59,273 bases of DNA. Origin: a virus. Its lineage: Duplodnaviria; Caudoviricetes. The notes under the pieces are model-generated. The model made no database searches. It saw nothing but the letters and a program-made list of their open reading frames with translations, and was not told the origin of the DNA. The stretch's first letter is position 1, and every line of letters begins with the position of its first letter. The stretch lies in the IMG/VR virus record IMGVR_UViG_3300048610_000026, positions 1-59,273 of that record; one strand, given 5' to 3'. Below, piece after piece: positions 47,652 through 57,513 of the stretch. Both the position numbers and the translations under genes were made by a program.

Positions 47652-50036
47652 TCATTCACCCTCATCGGCAGGAAGCATATCCGCCAGGTGCGCTGCGTAC
47701 AGAGGTGCCACAGCCTTAGAGATGCGCTCCAGGGTCGCCTCCATCTTCGCCATGCGCTCTTCGTGGGCAAGCGCCAGGTCGGTCTCGATCGGCTCTTCAG
47801 CGACCTCCGGCTCCTCGGCAGGGTCGTCGCAGCCGCAGTCTTCGTCGGCCAGCGCAGCCGAGGCAGCCAGAGCCACCTCATCGGCGGTCAGGTAGCCCTT
47901 CGGGAAGCCACCCACGTTCACCGCCGGGAGACCACACAGGGTCATCTCGCCGTTCTTGCCGACCTCCCAGTGGCCGGAGACGTCAGAGGACTTGAAGGCG
48001 TAGATGTCCTCGGCACTGGCACCCGGCCGCAGGCGGCCAGCGAACCAGACGCCGTACGCGTCGTTGCCGACAGAGACGTCGGCCACGGCCCGGCCGGTCT
48101 TGTCGTAGTGTCGGGTGGCCTCCGCCGCACCGATCCCGGTGGCGCTGTGCGAGCCCGCCACCACGATGGTGCCGGTCCGCTTGCCGCCCGCGAGCGGAGC
48201 CTGGCCCCGCATGAAGCCGTCCAGGTCTGCGTTCGGGGGAGTAACGCAGCGGTCGGGACGGCCGCGCAGGCAGATGCCCCACGGATTGATGTGGCCGAAG
48301 ACACGGCCGTCGTCGGTGACGGTGACCGGCACCGACCAACGGCTGGTGTGCGGGTCGAACCGCAGCCGGTCGTCGTTGCCCGGCGCGCCGAACTGCGGGT
48401 CGTTGAAGGCCTCGATGTCGGTTTCGAACTCGATGATGCGCAGCGAGCCAGAGGCGGCCACTTCGATGACCTCGTCCTCCAGGGGGTCAATCAGGCGCAA
48501 CTTCACCTTACTGGCCACGTCGCCAGTCAGGGCGGCCGTGTCAACGACGGCGACATGGCGCAGACGGCCACGGGTCGTGACCTCCAGAGCGTCGTCGGAG
48601 TTCATCCGGCCGAGCGTGGCGTAGCCGTTCTCGTCGGTTTCGAGGTCGTTGGGGTCCTCGGGCAGCATCGAGTCCTCGTCTCCGAGGATCGCCGACTTCT
48701 TCACCCGCAGTTCCACGTCCACGTGGTCGAGCGCGATCGAGTTGCCGACCGCACCCTCCGTGAAGAGTTCTGCCACCCGCTGCGCAGCCGCGCGAGTGTC
48801 CGGGTCCTGGCTGGCCGAGAGCCAGCCCCGACCCCAGATCTCGTCGCCCTTGCGCCACACCTCGGCGATGGCCCCGACAGTCATGCCGGAGTGGTCACCT
48901 TCTTCGCGGTCCCAGATCAGCGGGACCGGGAGCACGGCGTCGTCCCACTCGACCGAGCCCTTCTCCAGCATCCGACCGTCACCAGAGGGTGCTCCCTCGA
49001 TAGCGATGATGCCTTCGATCGGCAGGCCGGGGTTCTCCATGATCTCTGCGGCTGCGGCCACTGCGGCCTCGTAGTCCGTCTTCATACTGCGGTCACTCCG
49101 ATCGCGTCGGTCCTTGGGGGGCTTGGCCGGACCGTCGCCATTGGCCCGCTCGGGGCCGTGCGGGCAGTCGGGCCAGTCGTCGTACTTCTCCTGCACGCGG
49201 GCGTACATCTTGCAGATCTTCTGCTTGACCTGATCGACCTCGTCGGTGCTCAGGCCCTCGATCTGGCCGATGCCGTGGCCGCCAGCCACGGCCGCCAGAC
49301 CACGCGGGACCAGAGTCAGATTGCCGCCGATGATGTCTGCGAAGCCCAGACCCCAGGCCCCCTTCTCCTCAGCAGGCAGGTCGTTGTTGCGCCAGAGGAA
49401 CGCCTTGGCCACACCGTCTGCATCGACCTTGTCCTCTTCCCTGTCCTTGCTGAAGTGCTCGAAGACCCGGTCGGCCGCCGCGCCGCCATCCCAGTCGTGA
49501 TCGCGGTCGGCGATGGGCAGACTGATATCACCATGCACCGAGAAAGTCTGGGTGCTGCCGTCGAGGTTCTTGGTCATCAGGCCAACGATGGTGTTGTCCA
49601 GTTCCTCTTGGGTCATCCCCTCCAGACCCCAGGAGTCAGGGAGCGGCACGTCCTCGCAGCCGAGCGCGCTCTTGCGCTTCTTGATGTGGGCCTTGGTCTT
49701 CTCAGGGTCCTTGGCCCGGCCGATGGCCTGGATCGCGTTGGAGAGATCCTCGCAGTCGGCGATCGGGTAGGAGCCGTCAGGCATCGCCGTCCCGGCCTTC
49801 GCCATCTTCTCCCGCTGCTCGGGCGTGTAGTCCTTGAAGGTGTCGTCCATCACGAACTCGGAGAGCAGCAGGTACGTCTGCAGGCTGACCGAGTCGCCCG
49901 CGATGAAGCGAGTCATGGTCGCCGGGGACGAGCCGATCTCGTGGGCCAGCGCATGCCAGGTGAGTCCCCTGGCGGTGCGGACCGCATCCACCTGCTTGAA
50001 GAGGTCGCTTACGACCTTCTGCGCTGTCTTGGCCAT
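47652..50036 (-). CDS. capsid maturation protease, multidomain with an N-terminal HTH
   Basis: EG.PSGDGR, H....VG.I, GRVFGH...W..C, SGHW, AVNVGGFP; lies between portal and capsid. Confidence 0.75.
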   Translation of the reverse strand: MAKTAQKVVSDLFKQVDAVRTARGLTWHALAHEIGSSPATMTRFIAGDSVSLQTYLLLSEFVMDDTFKDYTPEQREKMAKAGTAMPDGSYPIADCEDLSNAIQAIGRAKDPEKTKAHIKKRKSALGCEDVPLPDSWGLEGMTQEELDNTIVGLMTKNLDGSTQTFSVHGDISLPIADRDHDWDGGAAADRVFEHFSKDREEDKVDADGVAKAFLWRNNDLPAEEKGAWGLGFADIIGGNLTLVPRGLAAVAGGHGIGQIEGLSTDEVDQVKQKICKMYARVQEKYDDWPDCPHGPERANGDGPAKPPKDRRDRSDRSMKTDYEAAVAAAAEIMENPGLPIEGIIAIEGAPSGDGRMLEKGSVEWDDAVLPVPLIWDREEGDHSGMTVGAIAEVWRKGDEIWGRGWLSASQDPDTRAAAQRVAELFTEGAVGNSIALDHVDVELRVKKSAILGDEDSMLPEDPNDLETDENGYATLGRMNSDDALEVTTRGRLRHVAVVDTAALTGDVASKVKLRLIDPLEDEVIEVAASGSLRIIEFETDIEAFNDPQFGAPGNDDRLRFDPHTSRWSVPVTVTDDGRVFGHINPWGICLRGRPDRCVTPPNADLDGFMRGQAPLAGGKRTGTIVVAGSHSATGIGAAEATRHYDKTGRAVADVSVGNDAYGVWFAGRLRPGASAEDIYAFKSSDVSGHWEVGKNGEMTLCGLPAVNVGGFPKGYLTADEVALAASAALADEDCGCDDPAEEPEVAEEPIETDLALAHEERMAKMEATLERISKAVAPLYAAHLADMLPADEGE

Positions 50037-50042
50037 GAGCAG

Positions 50043-50075
50043 AGGGTACGACTTCTGAAAGATGCCTGGCCAACA
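50043..50075 (-). promoter_or_regulatory. putative late promoter TGTTGGCC-N19-TACCCT (leaderless)
   Basis: -10 element ends 6 nt before the ATG at 50036. Confidence 0.6.
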
Positions 50076-50162
50076 CGCACAACACCCCCGACCACGGGCA
50101 GTCGGGGGTGAAGGCGGGACGCACGGCGCGGAATGGATTGGACGCGGTGCGTACCGATGATG

Positions 50163-52004
50163 CTAGGTCAGACTGAGCACTTCGTCCAGGATCTTCTGCG
50201 GCACGGCGTGCACCGAGCCCGGCAGGAACAGCCGCTCGACGACCATCTCGCAGACCAGCGAGTGCAGCATCTCGGCCGACTCCGACTGGGACAGTTCCTG
50301 GTACTCGTCCCACCACTGCGCCAGCCCGGCCAAAGCCTCGGCCACGGTCTGCTCGACGTCAATGGCCGCGTTCACCCCCTGCTCGCCGACCGCGACCGCG
50401 ACCTCGGAGTTCGTCACCCCGGCGATGCTGTTGGTCACGAACTCGTCCGAGCGTACGGCAGTGCGCACCTTGGCCCCGACCTTCTCCCGGGCGCGGTAGA
50501 CGCCCATCTGGATCGCGGCATGCAGTGCGGCGGCCACGGGCTCCGTCGATGGAGCCGCCCCCTCTGTCGGCTCCCCGTCGATCGGGGTCTGGCCCGAGCC
50601 ATCCTTGGTGTGCGGCTCGCCGGGCCGCTGACCTCCCGTGGCCGCCGTCGGCTGGTCGCCCGAGCCGCCGTTGATCGCGAGCAGCAGGCGCAAATCCTCC
50701 TCGGTCGGAGCGAACTCCTCCGGGATGCCGAGCACCGAGCGCACCCACTTGGACGAGACCAAGCCCATGTTCCAGGCCGTGATGGCGTCCTCGACCGAGT
50801 GCTGCCGGGCCAGGAGCGCGGTCGGGTCCGGGATGAACTTCACCACGCTGGTCTCCGGCAGGTCCAGCACCCGGCTCAGCGCCGAGGCGTAGACCTGACC
50901 GACGGAGAGCGCGAAGGGCTCGACGTGCTCCTTGTAGCCCGCCTCCTCGATCTGGAAGGCGACCGCACGGTTGGACGCCGACATGCCAGTGAGCACCTCG
51001 GCGGGCATCGGCAGGCCCCAGGCCAGCCGCTGGATCGCCTTGTCCAGCCGGTTCGCGAGCAACTCGTCGTACGCATGGCTCATCTGCAGCCAGGAGGCCC
51101 AACCGCCGTCGGCCAGCATCTCGGCAGGCGCACGGATCAGGATCGGCGTGGCGTACGCCTCCTCCATCGGCTTGCTGATGGCCTCCTTCAGCATCTCCGC
51201 GAAGTCGTCGGTGTCCTGGGCCACCGCGCTGTCAGGCGCGCTGTGCGGTGTGTCCCCGGACGAGATGCTCAGTTCGCTGGCCACGCCGAGCAGGCCGACG
51301 GTCTGCAGCCGCGAGCGGGTCTGCGCCTTGCTCAGCGCGGACAACTGCTCGATCTCGGACAGCGCATCCAGTACACCGGCCACCGGAGCGTCCGGCAGCA
51401 GCGGGTCGATGGGTGAGGGCTTGATCCCGATGACGTAGACAGCCGCCTGCGCCAGCAGTTCAGCGCGGTCATCGTCGACCACCGAGACGAGCCGCCAGCG
51501 CATGTCGCCGTTGCCCGCGTAGACCGGCCCCGAGGGCCCGGTCAGCGCCGGGTCGACCGGCACCGCGCCGTCGATGATCGGCAGCCGGGAGGCGGGGTAG
51601 GCGGCATACGCCAACTCACCGAACAGCGCGAGGTTCGCCGCTACCTGCTCAGTGGACTGCCGGTCGCTGACGAGGTTGACGTACTCCTCGCTGATCTCGC
51701 TGGGGAGCACCTCCCCGTCGATCTCGACGTTCCAGCCGAGCCGGGCCACCTGCTGCGCCATCCAGGTCACGCCGAAGCGCAGTTCCCCGACACCGTGCGC
51801 GATGGTCGTGCGTACGTCGTAGACGTCGCCGTAGTAGTGCGCCACCTGACGCTGCCAGCCCCGGCTCACGGCCCCGGCGGTGGCATAGGTGTAGGCCGAG
51901 TTGTACGCGGCAGCCACACCGTCCTTCTTGGCTTCGTCCTTGGGCGGCTTGGTCTCCGGCGGCTTGCGTACGATCAGCCGCGCGAACGAGTTCCCCTCAG
52001 TCAC
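50163..52004 (-). CDS. portal protein
   Basis: WQ......Y....GELRF...W; AI.RLA.GL.MP.EVLTG....N. Confidence 0.85.
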   Translation of the reverse strand: MTEGNSFARLIVRKPPETKPPKDEAKKDGVAAAYNSAYTYATAGAVSRGWQRQVAHYYGDVYDVRTTIAHGVGELRFGVTWMAQQVARLGWNVEIDGEVLPSEISEEYVNLVSDRQSTEQVAANLALFGELAYAAYPASRLPIIDGAVPVDPALTGPSGPVYAGNGDMRWRLVSVVDDDRAELLAQAAVYVIGIKPSPIDPLLPDAPVAGVLDALSEIEQLSALSKAQTRSRLQTVGLLGVASELSISSGDTPHSAPDSAVAQDTDDFAEMLKEAISKPMEEAYATPILIRAPAEMLADGGWASWLQMSHAYDELLANRLDKAIQRLAWGLPMPAEVLTGMSASNRAVAFQIEEAGYKEHVEPFALSVGQVYASALSRVLDLPETSVVKFIPDPTALLARQHSVEDAITAWNMGLVSSKWVRSVLGIPEEFAPTEEDLRLLLAINGGSGDQPTAATGGQRPGEPHTKDGSGQTPIDGEPTEGAAPSTEPVAAALHAAIQMGVYRAREKVGAKVRTAVRSDEFVTNSIAGVTNSEVAVAVGEQGVNAAIDVEQTVAEALAGLAQWWDEYQELSQSESAEMLHSLVCEMVVERLFLPGSVHAVPQKILDEVLSLT

Positions 52005-52311
52005 CACGGCCAAGCACCCCTGTGATCGTTGAGCCAACGAACGCCACGATCACGGCGCTCGGGAAAGACAGGTCGACGGCGAAGTACATCAGCGCCGCGT
52101 AGCCGACGTTCAGCCACCAGCCCAGGCACCAGGGGCAGTCGATCAGGTCGAAGCGCCAGGTCCCCTCCGGGAAGAGCGCCTCACGTGGCCGCTCGAAGAT
52201 GCTGTCGCGAGCGACCATCCGCCACAGACGATGGCTGACGAAGCCCGAGAAGAAGCAGGTCCCGACCAGCGAGGCGAGGTTCGTGACGGAGTACCACTCC
52301 TCGACGCTCAT
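51997..52311 (-). CDS. DUF1360-like membrane protein
   Basis: R..R.V..D.I...R...L..CPWC.G.W. Confidence 0.7.
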   Translation of the reverse strand: MSVEEWYSVTNLASLVGTCFFSGFVSHRLWRMVARDSIFERPREALFPEGTWRFDLIDCPWCLGWWLNVGYAALMYFAVDLSFPSAVIVAFVGSTITGVLGRGD

Positions 52312-52721
52312 GCCTGCTCCGCCACGGTGGCCCCGAACAGCGCGGCGACGTCGTGCTCGATCAGCACGGGCTCCAGGCTGAGCAGTTCCCTCTTCAGCCG
52401 CGCGGCGTTGCACGAGCAGACCTGCGACCAGGACATCACGCCCGGGTCGATCTCGTCGGGGTCCGTGGCGGCTGCCGCGTACCCGAGCAGGCGCAGGCTG
52501 CCCTGACGGCCGAAGACCCGACGCCCAGCGTCAGCCGGAGCGACCGCGAGCACCAGGGGCTCGGGGGCTCCCGTATACGCGTTGGGCCGGACGGTCACGT
52601 AGGTGCCGGAGGGGGACGAGTAGTAGTCCAGCCGCCCGGTGGCGACCTGGATCTTCTGGCCCGAAATCGACAGAGTCAGGTTCTTGATCGGCTCGATCAC
52701 GTGGATGGGGTCTGTGCCCAT
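52308..52721 (-). CDS. hypothetical protein, first gene of the late operon
   Basis: GAAGGAG RBS; codon bias. Confidence 0.65.
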   Translation of the reverse strand: MGTDPIHVIEPIKNLTLSISGQKIQVATGRLDYYSSPSGTYVTVRPNAYTGAPEPLVLAVAPADAGRRVFGRQGSLRLLGYAAAATDPDEIDPGVMSWSQVCSCNAARLKRELLSLEPVLIEHDVAALFGATVAEQA

Positions 52722-52782
52722 GGTGGTGCTCCTTCGCGCTATGCGTCTTACTGATGGTCTCAGCGTAGGTCACACTGAACCT

Positions 52783-54252
52783 ATGACGGAAGGCTACGAC
52801 GCGCTGCTGCCGGACCCGGCCACGCTGGCGCAGATGACCCCGGACCAGATCCGCGCGATGCTCGACGGCCTGCCGGACGCTCACGCCGCCGCGCTGGCCG
52901 AGGCCACCGAGCCCGCCGAACAGGGTGACCCAGTCGACCTCCTCGAACACCAGCAGCCGCCCCCCGAGGGCTGGGATGGCTGGGTGCTGATGGGCGGGCG
53001 TGGCTGCGGCAAGACGTTCACCACCGCCTACTTCCTCGGCAAACTCGCCTCTGAGGTCCCGGGTCTGCGTGGCCGGATCATCGCCCCGACCCTGGCCGAC
53101 GCCGTGAACTCCGTGGTCAACGACCCGCAGTCCGGGATCCTCGCCCACTTCCCCAAGGCTGTGCTCAAGACCAGCGGTGTCGAGGGTGTACGCCTGGCCT
53201 TCCCGAACAAGTCCACGCTGTGGTGTGTCGGCACGCCGTCCAAGAAGGACGTCGACCGGCTCCGCGCGCTGACGAACATCGACATCGACCACTTCGAGGA
53301 GGCCGCCGCCAACCCGATGCTCGCCGAGGCCGTCTCCCAGGCAGCGCTGTCTCGACGAGGCAACCGCCTGCCCAAACCGATCTGGATGGCCAGTACGACC
53401 CCGCGCCCCACTGAGCAGATCAAGGAGTGGAAGGCGAGCAGCGAGGACGTGCTCGGCGAGGGCGAGATCATCGTGCTGCGCAAGGCCCGGCTGCAGGACA
53501 ACCCACACACGCCGGACGCCTACCACCACCACGCCGAGCGGCTCAAGGGCACGCGCATCTACCGCCAGGAGATCCTCGGCGAGATCCTCGAAGACGTCGA
53601 GGGTGCTCTGTGGACCCAGACCGATTTCGACCGCTCCGTCGGCCCGGTCCGCTGGCAGGACCTCGTCAAGGTCGTGGTCGGTGTCGACCCGCCGTCCGGA
53701 GCAGGCACCTGTGGCATCGTCGTGGTCGGCAAGGACGCCAACGGCCACGTCTGGGTGCTCGCGGACTACTCCGTCGAGGACGCTCAACCCGGCGAGTGGG
53801 CCCGCCGCGTCGTGCAGGCCAGCGAGGACTTCGGCGGCTGCTTGGTCGTAGCCGAGACGAACCAGGGCGGCCGGATGGTCACCTCCGTGCTGAAGGCGGC
53901 CAAGGCCACGCTCCCGGTCCAGACCGTGGTCGCGACCGAGGGCAAGAAGACCCGGGCAGAGCCGATCGCGGTCCTGTGGGAGGCTGAGGAGCAGATCGCC
54001 CACATCAGCAAGGACGTGCCGGTCGGGGTCTCCCTGGACCTGCTCATCGACCAGTGCCTGCAGTGGGTCCCGGGTGTCGGGGACTCCCCGGACCGCGTGG
54101 ACGCGATGGTCTGGGCCTGCACCTACCTCCTGCCCGAGGTCATCAAGCAGTGGAAGGTCGTCGGTTCGATCATCGGTGGTCGGGGCCGTACTGCCGGTGG
54201 CACGGTCGTCGGAGCAGGCAAGGTTTCTTGGACAGGACGTAAGGCTCAGTAA
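52783..54252 (+). CDS. terL: terminase large subunit
   Basis: GGRGCGKT Walker A, FEEA Walker B, TTP, RQEI.GE, GVDP, ETNQGG, K..RAEP, SPDRVDA. Confidence 0.93.
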   Translation: MTEGYDALLPDPATLAQMTPDQIRAMLDGLPDAHAAALAEATEPAEQGDPVDLLEHQQPPPEGWDGWVLMGGRGCGKTFTTAYFLGKLASEVPGLRGRIIAPTLADAVNSVVNDPQSGILAHFPKAVLKTSGVEGVRLAFPNKSTLWCVGTPSKKDVDRLRALTNIDIDHFEEAAANPMLAEAVSQAALSRRGNRLPKPIWMASTTPRPTEQIKEWKASSEDVLGEGEIIVLRKARLQDNPHTPDAYHHHAERLKGTRIYRQEILGEILEDVEGALWTQTDFDRSVGPVRWQDLVKVVVGVDPPSGAGTCGIVVVGKDANGHVWVLADYSVEDAQPGEWARRVVQASEDFGGCLVVAETNQGGRMVTSVLKAAKATLPVQTVVATEGKKTRAEPIAVLWEAEEQIAHISKDVPVGVSLDLLIDQCLQWVPGVGDSPDRVDAMVWACTYLLPEVIKQWKVVGSIIGGRGRTAGGTVVGAGKVSWTGRKAQ

Positions 54253-54990
54253 AGAGACGTATACCTAGAGAGGCGTAGGCTATGAACTGGCTCTATCCAC
54301 GTACAGCGCTCGACATGATCTTCCCTGGACCGTTCTGGTACCTCTGTGTATGGACTGTGATGGTCTTTGTGTTTGTAGGGGCTGCTTCTTGGGACCTGGG
54401 GGTTCTTCTGGCTAGAGGCATTCGGTGGGTGTTGGACCGTCTGTAGTTGACAGGTCAACTAGTTCTCAAATCTCGCCAAAACCTCGTGAGCGCCTGCCGC
54501 CCCGAAGGGAACGCATCAGATTGACCGGCCTCCGGGTTGCCGTCCCCGAACCCCACCCTCGCGCTACGAGGCTCTCAGATCCAATCCTCACCAACCACCG
54601 TTACCATCCCTACATTGAGTGTTACTCAAACGCTTACGTACACGGACCATAAACAACACGGTTACGTTCGTTGTTACTAATCCTATGAACAGTAACAGTC
54701 TGTATACAGACCATATAAGGGACGCACACAGAACGTACAAACGGGGGCATAGTTCTACCTATGCCGCACATGTGAGTGAGAGTCACAGTGGAGCGCACAG
54801 GGCAGGGCTTGAGAACTCAACATTGGATGCACACGGGCGGCGCGGACAGGTACGACCATGGCCAAGCCATGGCGACCCGCTGAACAAGCGGAGGTAGGCG
54901 CGCGACGTAAGACCCGTGGACGACAGACACACCCGTGTCTGGCGTAGGTGGCTGGACCCCAGCCGCCTACGTCACCCACGAAAGGAACGT
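54253..54990. other. long AT-richer non-coding region (candidate genome terminus and early promoters)
   Basis: No codon-biased ORF; palindrome GTCTGTATACAGAC at 54698-54711. Confidence 0.5.
54808..54822 (+). promoter_or_regulatory. boxA-like antitermination element
   Basis: CTTGAGAACTCAACA resembles the actinobacterial rrn leader boxA. Confidence 0.6.
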
Positions 54991-54993
54991 CGT

Positions 54994-55320
54994 ATGAGGA
55001 TCGTCATTGCTGGGATTGTGCTTGCGCTCGTCGGAATCGCCACTCCCACCATGTCGGCGGGGGCGCACCACGCCACGGGGTCACTCCGAACCGAACGGCT
55101 CGTCAAGCCGGGGCGTCTCGTGAAGCACGTCCGCGTGATCAACGTTCAGCACCACAAGCCCGATGACCGTGCAGCGGTCGTGTTCAACACCGGATCCGTC
55201 TGGCTGTTGGAGCCGTGCGGGTACGAAGACTCCAACAACTGCTACTGGACAGCACGGTCCAGGGGCAACGGCAAGGGCCGCTCGTTCGTCACACTCAAGG
55301 GAAAGACCTACTACCGATGA
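54994..55320 (+). CDS. secreted hypothetical protein
   Basis: Signal peptide; PC..EDS.NCYW...GNG.G.SF motif. Confidence 0.65.
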   Translation: MRIVIAGIVLALVGIATPTMSAGAHHATGSLRTERLVKPGRLVKHVRVINVQHHKPDDRAAVVFNTGSVWLLEPCGYEDSNNCYWTARSRGNGKGRSFVTLKGKTYYR

Positions 55321-55538
55321 TCTGGAAGATCGCTCAACACCTAGTACCCAACCCCCTCACGGGGCTGATCTTGATCGCAGTACCCACCTATGCGTGGCTC
55401 GTTCTCGGCGGGTCGCTGTTCTACCGCTGAACCGGGTGTATCGCTCGCGTCATGGCTTAAACGTGCCGTGGCGGGAGTGAGTCACCCTGGCTCACCCAAC
55501 TTGCTCGCCGGACAGGCGAGCCGAAGAAAGGAACCATC

Positions 55539-56075
55539 ATGGAATTCACCGACGTCAAGACCGCTCGCGCCCTCGTCAAGTTCGAGCGTGACCGTTCCAA
55601 GGTCGTCTACGCCGACTACATCGCCGCGAACGGGGTCACGCTCGACAACGTGGCCGACCACGTCACCGCGCTGGCTGAACTGGCCTACCCCCGGCACGCG
55701 AAGCGAATCACCGACATGCGCGCGGAGGTGAAGCGAGTCGGAGAGGGAACCCCGGATGGGGAGTCGCTCATCGCGACGCTGGACCGAACCCGCGCGGAGG
55801 TGAAGGGCTTCAAGACCCGCGTTCGGAACGGCCTGAACTACCGTCTCGGCAAGCCCTCTGCAGCCAAGCGGGAGACCGAAGAGCTCACCAACGGCTCAGG
55901 AGACGCTGAGGAGGCCGTTGAGGCGCACGACACGCGCCCGGAGGTCCAGAGCCTCACGGATGCCGTCTCGGGTCTGGAGCAGGCCCTCATCGCCGCCCGG
56001 GACGCTGGCCTCGACCGTGACGCCGCTGAGTTCTGGGTTCAGTCGGTCTACGCCCCCGCCGAGGTCGCCGCGTGA
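55539..56075 (+). CDS. hypothetical early protein
   Basis: GAAAGGAACC RBS; codon bias. Confidence 0.7.
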   Translation: MEFTDVKTARALVKFERDRSKVVYADYIAANGVTLDNVADHVTALAELAYPRHAKRITDMRAEVKRVGEGTPDGESLIATLDRTRAEVKGFKTRVRNGLNYRLGKPSAAKRETEELTNGSGDAEEAVEAHDTRPEVQSLTDAVSGLEQALIAARDAGLDRDAAEFWVQSVYAPAEVAA

Positions 56076-56326
56076 ACGCACGGCAGCGGCGTGACGCCCG
56101 GCGGGCTCCGGTCCGCCGGGTGTACGCCCGATCACAGGCCATCTCGACCGCTGAGGCGATGAAGCCCGCTGTGGGTCGGCGTGGCAGGACGTCCTACCAG
56201 GGTTCCGGGCAGGGCGGTTACCGGTCCGAGTGGGCTGACTCAGCCACCCGACGCGACGCGGTCACGATCGATCGTCGGTGGGATGACACGGTCCAGAACC
56301 AGCAGGACCCGGGCGCGTACCTGTGA
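56072..56326 (+). CDS. hypothetical basic protein
   Basis: Coupled ORF. Confidence 0.55.
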   Translation: MNARQRRDARRAPVRRVYARSQAISTAEAMKPAVGRRGRTSYQGSGQGGYRSEWADSATRRDAVTIDRRWDDTVQNQQDPGAYL

Positions 56327-56327
56327 T

Positions 56328-56342
56328 CCCAGACAAGCGACA
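56328..56342 (+). repeat. 15-bp direct repeat CCCAGACAAGCGACA (also 57307-57321 and 58128-58142; variant at 56605-56619)
   Basis: Exact matches, same orientation. Confidence 0.85.
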
Positions 56343-56349
56343 ATGGCCC

Positions 56350-56371
56350 GACGGGATAGATCTATCCCGTC
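56350..56371. repeat. 22-bp palindrome centred on GGATAGATCTATCC
   Basis: GACGGGATAGATCTATCCCGTC. Confidence 0.95.
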
Positions 56372-56379
56372 AGGCAGGG

Positions 56380-56620
56380 TCGTTTCTTAGAAGAAAACAG
56401 CGCGGTCATCGCGCGACACGACCGCGATACTCTTTCGAGGGGTTTCTAAGAAACTCTGTGTTTATTCACCCGTGAGCGTGAATCTATTCATAGAAATAAT
56501 GGACTCACGTAACGCGCGAGACAGATCTCTTTCGAGTGCGGTCGCGACAGCGTCACCCCGTATCGCGGTCGACCGCGACCGCGATAGTTGCTCCTAAGAG
56601 ACAACCCAGAGAAGCGACAA
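56380..56620. other. putative replication origin
   Basis: AT-rich core flanked by direct and inverted GACCGCGATA/CGCGGTC repeats, TCTTTCGAG x2, TTCTAAGAA inverted pair. Confidence 0.5.
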
Positions 56621-56647
56621 CCCGCCAACCTTGATACGGTAGGTCGC

Positions 56648-56923
56648 ATGACAACCAACCTTTACGACACCGCAAGCGCCGTTCTCCGCGTGGCCAACAC
56701 CTACGGCGGAGAGGCCCGCGTGAGCGATGTTCAGCGCCGACTGTCCAGGGGGCAGTTGCAGCACTTTGAAAGCGCGCTCACCCTTCTCACTGCGCAAGGC
56801 GAGGTGGAGACATACCCCTTCAGCCCCGGGACCCGTGGGCGTGTCGGACGCGGGATTCGAGTCCTGCACCCCGTCACCCCAGACCCGCACTGCCCTACGT
56901 GCACGTGTCACGACGTGCTCTAG
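56648..56923 (+). CDS. winged-helix protein similar to the primase C-terminal domain
   Basis: Y.GE...LS..Q.Q...A...L...G..E...PG.RG shared with the C-terminus of 16853..19096. Confidence 0.6.
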   Translation: MTTNLYDTASAVLRVANTYGGEARVSDVQRRLSRGQLQHFESALTLLTAQGEVETYPFSPGTRGRVGRGIRVLHPVTPDPHCPTCTCHDVL

Positions 56924-56926
56924 CCC

Positions 56927-56940
56927 GGATAGATCTATCC
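56927..56940. repeat. GGATAGATCTATCC palindrome copy
   Basis: Exact motif, between a stop codon and an RBS. Confidence 0.95.
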
Positions 56941-56957
56941 CGAAAGGAACTACCATC

Positions 56958-57332
56958 ATGACCACCACCACCACCCCCGTCGACATCCCGATCGCCAACC
57001 GTGTCCGGCGCGGCATCGCATGGCTTGACGAGAACGCGCCCCTCTGGCGCGACGAACTGGACCTCTCCACCCTGGACATCGCCGACTCCAACGACTGCGT
57101 GCTCGGGCAGGTCTTCCAGGTCGACGCTATCAATGCCGCCCACGACCGGGGTCACTACTGGAGCGGGTTCGAGTACGTCTTGGACTCCGACCGCTTCACC
57201 GATGACGACGGGGCCCCTCTCAGCGAGGCATGGGCCGCCCGCCACGGGTTCGAGGCAACCCTGGAGTCCTACGCCGAACTGGAGCGTGCTTGGCGACACA
57301 TGCTCTCCCAGACAAGCGACAGCGAGGGGTGA
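56958..57332 (+). CDS. hypothetical protein
   Basis: RV.RG.AWLD...P.W...LD....CVLGQ pattern; strong RBS. Confidence 0.7.
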   Translation: MTTTTTPVDIPIANRVRRGIAWLDENAPLWRDELDLSTLDIADSNDCVLGQVFQVDAINAAHDRGHYWSGFEYVLDSDRFTDDDGAPLSEAWAARHGFEATLESYAELERAWRHMLSQTSDSEG

Positions 57333-57513
57333 CCTGCCATGTGCCGCTTCACCATCCGCACCCTGGTCGACGGCCTGCCCACCGACCACGAGGAGGACCG
57401 CGAGCACGTCGCCGAGGCCTACTTCTCCAGCACGCGGGACTACGTGAACCGCGCCGACCAGTTCCACCACATCGAGGTGACCGTGCAACTCTTGAGCAGA
57501 GGAGACTTGATCT

